Assembly: GCA_030341885.1 (NCBI GenBank)
Contig: CASHTH010003779.1
Location: 8,806 to 72,805, forward strand
Reading direction: 5' to 3'
DNA: 64,000 bases
Origin: Geodia barretti
Taxonomy: Eukaryota
How positions within the stretch are numbered: the first letter of the stretch is position 1; every line of letters starts with the position of its first letter. Position numbers and translations under genes: made by a program. Below the pieces are notes generated by a model that saw only the letters and a list, made by a program, of their open reading frames with translations, made no database searches and had not been told where the DNA came from. Positions 61,501-64,000 of the stretch are shown here, in pieces.

Positions 61501-64000
61501 TGGATATGCATACATGTAGCAGTTCCATCCTGAGATCTGACATTCAGTTGGAATGGTCCATTCTCAAAGAGTCTGTTTGCCACAACAGACACTGTCAGGC
61601 TAGCTCCCTCGTTCACAGTGTAGGCATTCTGGCCAAATCTGAACTCCACAGGATCTGCAGGCGTGGGGGAAGTACGTGAGCTTAAAATTATACTGACACA
61701 GGCTCTGCATATTAACCATTATCCCTGATAGTGACAGTGGCTGTGCGTCCAGTGCTGAGACGAAGGGTCAGAGTCTCATCGTTTTCTCCAATCTGATCAT
61801 CAAGTATGACCAGATTCACACACATTCTGGTGGAGGCTCCAGCAGTGAACGTCACGGAATCACTCACACTACTGTAATCTCGACCAGCTGTAGAACAAAG
61901 GTTCATTCAAGTATTTCCTCTGCTACAGAACTACTGCAGTTTACCTGTGGCGGTGCCTCCTAGTTGGTCTGAGGTTACAGTCACTACAGTGGGCTGACTG
62001 ACTGTCCCACTCTCCAATACCACACAAATTTCGACTCTTCCATCATCCTCATCAAAGACAAATAATTGAGGATTCTCAAACCCAAATACTGGACCCTGTA
62101 TTATGTCTATAATGGTGACAGTTGCTGTTGTCACAGCTCCAGTCATGGTGTTGGTGAGAATCAGTGTAAACTGCTCATCTCCTTCAGTCAGTGAATCGCT
62201 ATTAGTACTGATGGTCAGGGACACTGGGCCACTGAAGACAATGTCTTGATTGATGGCAGTAAAGTCACCAACAGCTGTAGGGAAAGAATGAGTTGATTGC
62301 CTCTATTATTTAATGGATATGCATACATGTAGCAGTTCCACCCTGAGATCTGACATTCAGTTGGAATGGTCCATTCTCAAAGAGTCTGTTTGCCACAACA
62401 GACACTGTCAGGCTAGCTCCCTCGTTCACAGTGTAGGCATTCTGGCCAAATCTGAACTCCACAGGATCTGCAGGCGTGGGGGAAGTACGTGAGCTTAAAA
62501 TTATACTGACACAGGCTCTGCATATTAACCATTATCCCTGATAGTGACAGTGGCTGTGCGTCCAGTGCTGAGACGAAGGGTCAGAGTCTCATCGTTTTCT
62601 CCAATCTGATCATCAAGTATGACCAGATTCACACACATTCTGGTGGAGGCTCCAGGAGTGAACGTCAGGGCTTGAAACACACTAACATAATCTTCATTAG
62701 CTGTACAGCAAGGAGACAAAGTGTATTTTGTATTCACTAGTTTCTTTTACAGATCTACTGCAGTTTACCTGTAGCAGTGCTTCCTGATTGGTCTGAGGTT
62801 ACAGTCACTACAGTGGGCTGACTGACCGTCCCACTCTCCAATACCACACAGACTGGGACTGTTCCAGCATCCTCATCAAAGATAAGTTCCCCAGGATTCT
62901 CAAACCCAAACACTGGTGGATCTACACAGAGATTGTTTGTAGTTTAAAGAGGAAAATGAGGAAATAGGAAATATCAACTCACCTTGTCCATCATCATCAT
63001 TGATGGTTACGATGGTACTGGACTGGCCAAACTCGGGGCTGAATATTTGCATGGGAAACCTCTCAGTTTCCTCCTCAATGTCATCTCCCAAGATGGTCAC
63101 ATTGATACACATCCTGCTCTCTCCAACATTGAAAGTGAGCGTTTCAAGAACTCGCAAAAAATCTTCATCCTCTACACAATGGAAGCAGTGCATGAAAAAA
63201 CTCAAAAAGTTTTCCGTTTAGCTCATGTCACTGTACCGGTTGCACTGTCAGTGAACTGAAACGAAAATGCAATGGTAGTGATGCCGTTTCTGGTGACGGG
63301 GGTCTGGGATATCACACAGACAACAAGGATCTGACTGGAGTCTGTCTCAGTCACGGCATAGGCCGATTGCTCGAATGACAGCATTACTGGTCCTGCAGGT
63401 GTTTCAATTGAAAAAAGAAAGTGGAGAAAGTGCATAAGCCAACTGTTAGATGACTGGAATTGAAGTGAACATGCTCTATCTACCTATGGCTGGTATGCTA
63501 TGAACTATAATTCCATGCACAAAAATGCCGCTTGGCCACGTCTGGGCGTTAGTTAGTGGCATCTCTAACCTTCATCGTTGCTGAGTATCGTCACGCCGGC
63601 CATGGAGTTGCTGAGTGGTTCTCCCGACAGACTCTGGAGGTTGATGGAGAAAGTCTCTGGTTGCTCACTCAGATCATCGTCCACTATTACTATGTCCACA
63701 CACATCTCCAGGTCACCAGAATTGAACACAAGTGTCTGGGTGGTGCTGATGTAGTCAACAGCATCTGGAAGAAGGGGGAAATAATAGTGTTTTTGTTTGT
63801 GGTGTGTGTGAGTTGTGTAACGGGAGGGTGTGGGAGGCTGGGGGAGGCTTACCTTGAGCGCTCCCATCAGCAGTGCTGACCTGGACCATAACTCCGTCCC
63901 TCTGCAGAGGTCTGTCAAGACTGACACACACTCTGACAGTGTCATCTAATCCCTCAGTGGCAGTGTACTCCTGTGGATCAAAGCCAACCTGAACCACATC
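58578..64000 (-). CDS. 3' portion of a very large secreted or ECM-type protein made of tandem Calx-beta-like domains. More than 20 exons are visible and the gene continues beyond the window end. It ends in a distinct C-terminal domain.
   Basis: Repeated Calx-beta signatures (DY-x-motif, T-F-x-x-G-E, I-x-DD-x3-E-x-(D/E)-E-x-F-x-x-L) appear in ORFs 63565-63945 ('DAVDYISTTQTLVFNSGDLEMCVDIVIVDDDLSEQPETFSINL'), 62900-63205 ('EDEDFLRVLETLTFNVGESRMCINVTILGDDIEEETERFPMQI'), 62525-62737 and 61712-61906 ('DYSSVSDSVTFTAGASTRMCVNLVILDDQIGENDETLTLRLS'), 61931-62224, 61231-61515, 60807-61298, 59948-60397 and 59479-59784 ('FYTINGDTIDEPDETIVFQL'). The C-terminal exons are at about 59000-59160 ('TFVVTGLAPSRIPPVTLEIAALNQQGQQVAFISRTIRL|gtaata'), about 58805-58950 ('GLSGDCSVNFLNGVEGALVFQGDVFIAFSVVGPTTSTECQLDGGTFTPC|gtgagt') and about 58578-58705 ('...QYENLSLGEHRVKVRPNGDNCVRRIRRTVMFTVV*'). 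Confidence 0.7.
61298..62935. repeat. Intragenic tandem duplication. Two copies of about 819 bp (61298-62116 and 62117-62935), each spanning 2 exons plus introns of the Calx-beta gene.
   Basis: Long near-identical blocks cover exon and intron alike. One example is 'ggtgttggtgagaatcagtgtaaactgctcatctccttcagtcagtgaatcgctattagtactgat...gggccactgaagacaatgtcttgattgatggcagtaaagtcaccaacagctgtagg', including the intron 'gaaagaatgagttgattgcctc...taatggatatgcatacatgtagcag', through '...catattaaccattatccctgatagtgacagtggctgtgcgtccagtgctgagacgaagggtcagagtctcatcgttttctccaatctgatcatcaagtatgaccagattcacacacattctggtggaggctcca'. ORFs 61712-61906 and 62525-62737, and ORFs 61231-61515 and 61931-62224, are near-identical pairs. 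Confidence 0.85.

Noticed and set aside
1-64000. A prokaryotic-style 'system' (defence island, operon, CRISPR array)
   Set aside because: The sequence is eukaryotic. It has spliceosomal GT-AG introns, AATAAA signals, pervasive dinucleotide microsatellites and metazoan genes (PDCD4, MVP, beta-TrCP, NK homeobox). There are no CRISPR-like arrays or RBS-led co-directional ORFs.

Overview
This window is nuclear DNA from a eukaryote (a metazoan, most likely an invertebrate), not a prokaryote. The evidence is GT-AG introns (mostly 45-400 bp), very frequent (CA)n/(GT)n/(CT)n microsatellites, AATAAA poly-A signals, CpG/NRF-1-type promoters and a tRNA-derived SINE. I found no CRISPR array, operon or prokaryotic defence system. 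The region is gene-dense, with about 16 multi-exon genes on both strands. The genes I can place are listed below in order along the window. The novelty is mostly in gene architecture: an intragenic tandem duplication, a three-PKD SorCS variant, an inverted-repeat-bracketed NK3 gene, several unidentified proteins and a sulfotransferase frameshift. There is no single new 'system'. Coordinates are about +/-3 bp, because my manual counting disagreed with the ORF track by 1 bp in places. Exon models come from conceptual splicing of the six-frame track and are approximate.
- 1-6617 (+): 3' part of a SorCS/sortilin-like VPS10-domain receptor with three PKD-like domains, one transmembrane helix and a cytoplasmic tail.
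- about 12807-13862 (+): an NK-class (NK3/bagpipe-like) homeobox gene with an eh1 motif, a TATA promoter and an AATAAA signal, sitting inside a 7.2-kb interval bracketed by a 98%-identical 170-bp inverted repeat.
- about 14177-15110 (-): a multi-pass membrane protein of unknown family.
- about 20800-21150 (-): a tRNA-derived SINE.
- about 21540-22895 (-): a gene of unknown family whose first exon ends in a classic donor and whose second exon encodes a transmembrane segment.
- 23965-27366 (-): PDCD4.
- 28188-35791 (-): major vault protein (MVP).
- 36080-37421 (+): FAHD2, head-to-head with MVP.
- about 37488-38693 (-): a macro-domain-like gene, head-to-head with LRP2BP.
- about 38992-40703 (+): LRP2BP (Sel1 repeats).
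- about 40857-41677 (+): a small four-transmembrane protein.
- about 41874-45745 (-): a protein with WD40 repeats, a Ser/Pro-rich middle and a C-terminal coiled coil, unidentified.
- about 46253-48198 (+): a P-loop sulfotransferase-like gene with an apparent frameshift.
- 48638-52930 (-): beta-TrCP (F-box/WD40).
- about 54901-56350 (+): a small acidic type I membrane protein.
- about 56804-58397 (+): a mucin-like type I membrane protein.
- about 58578 to past 64000 (-): the 3' part of a giant protein built from Calx-beta-like repeats, containing a roughly 820-bp intragenic tandem duplication.
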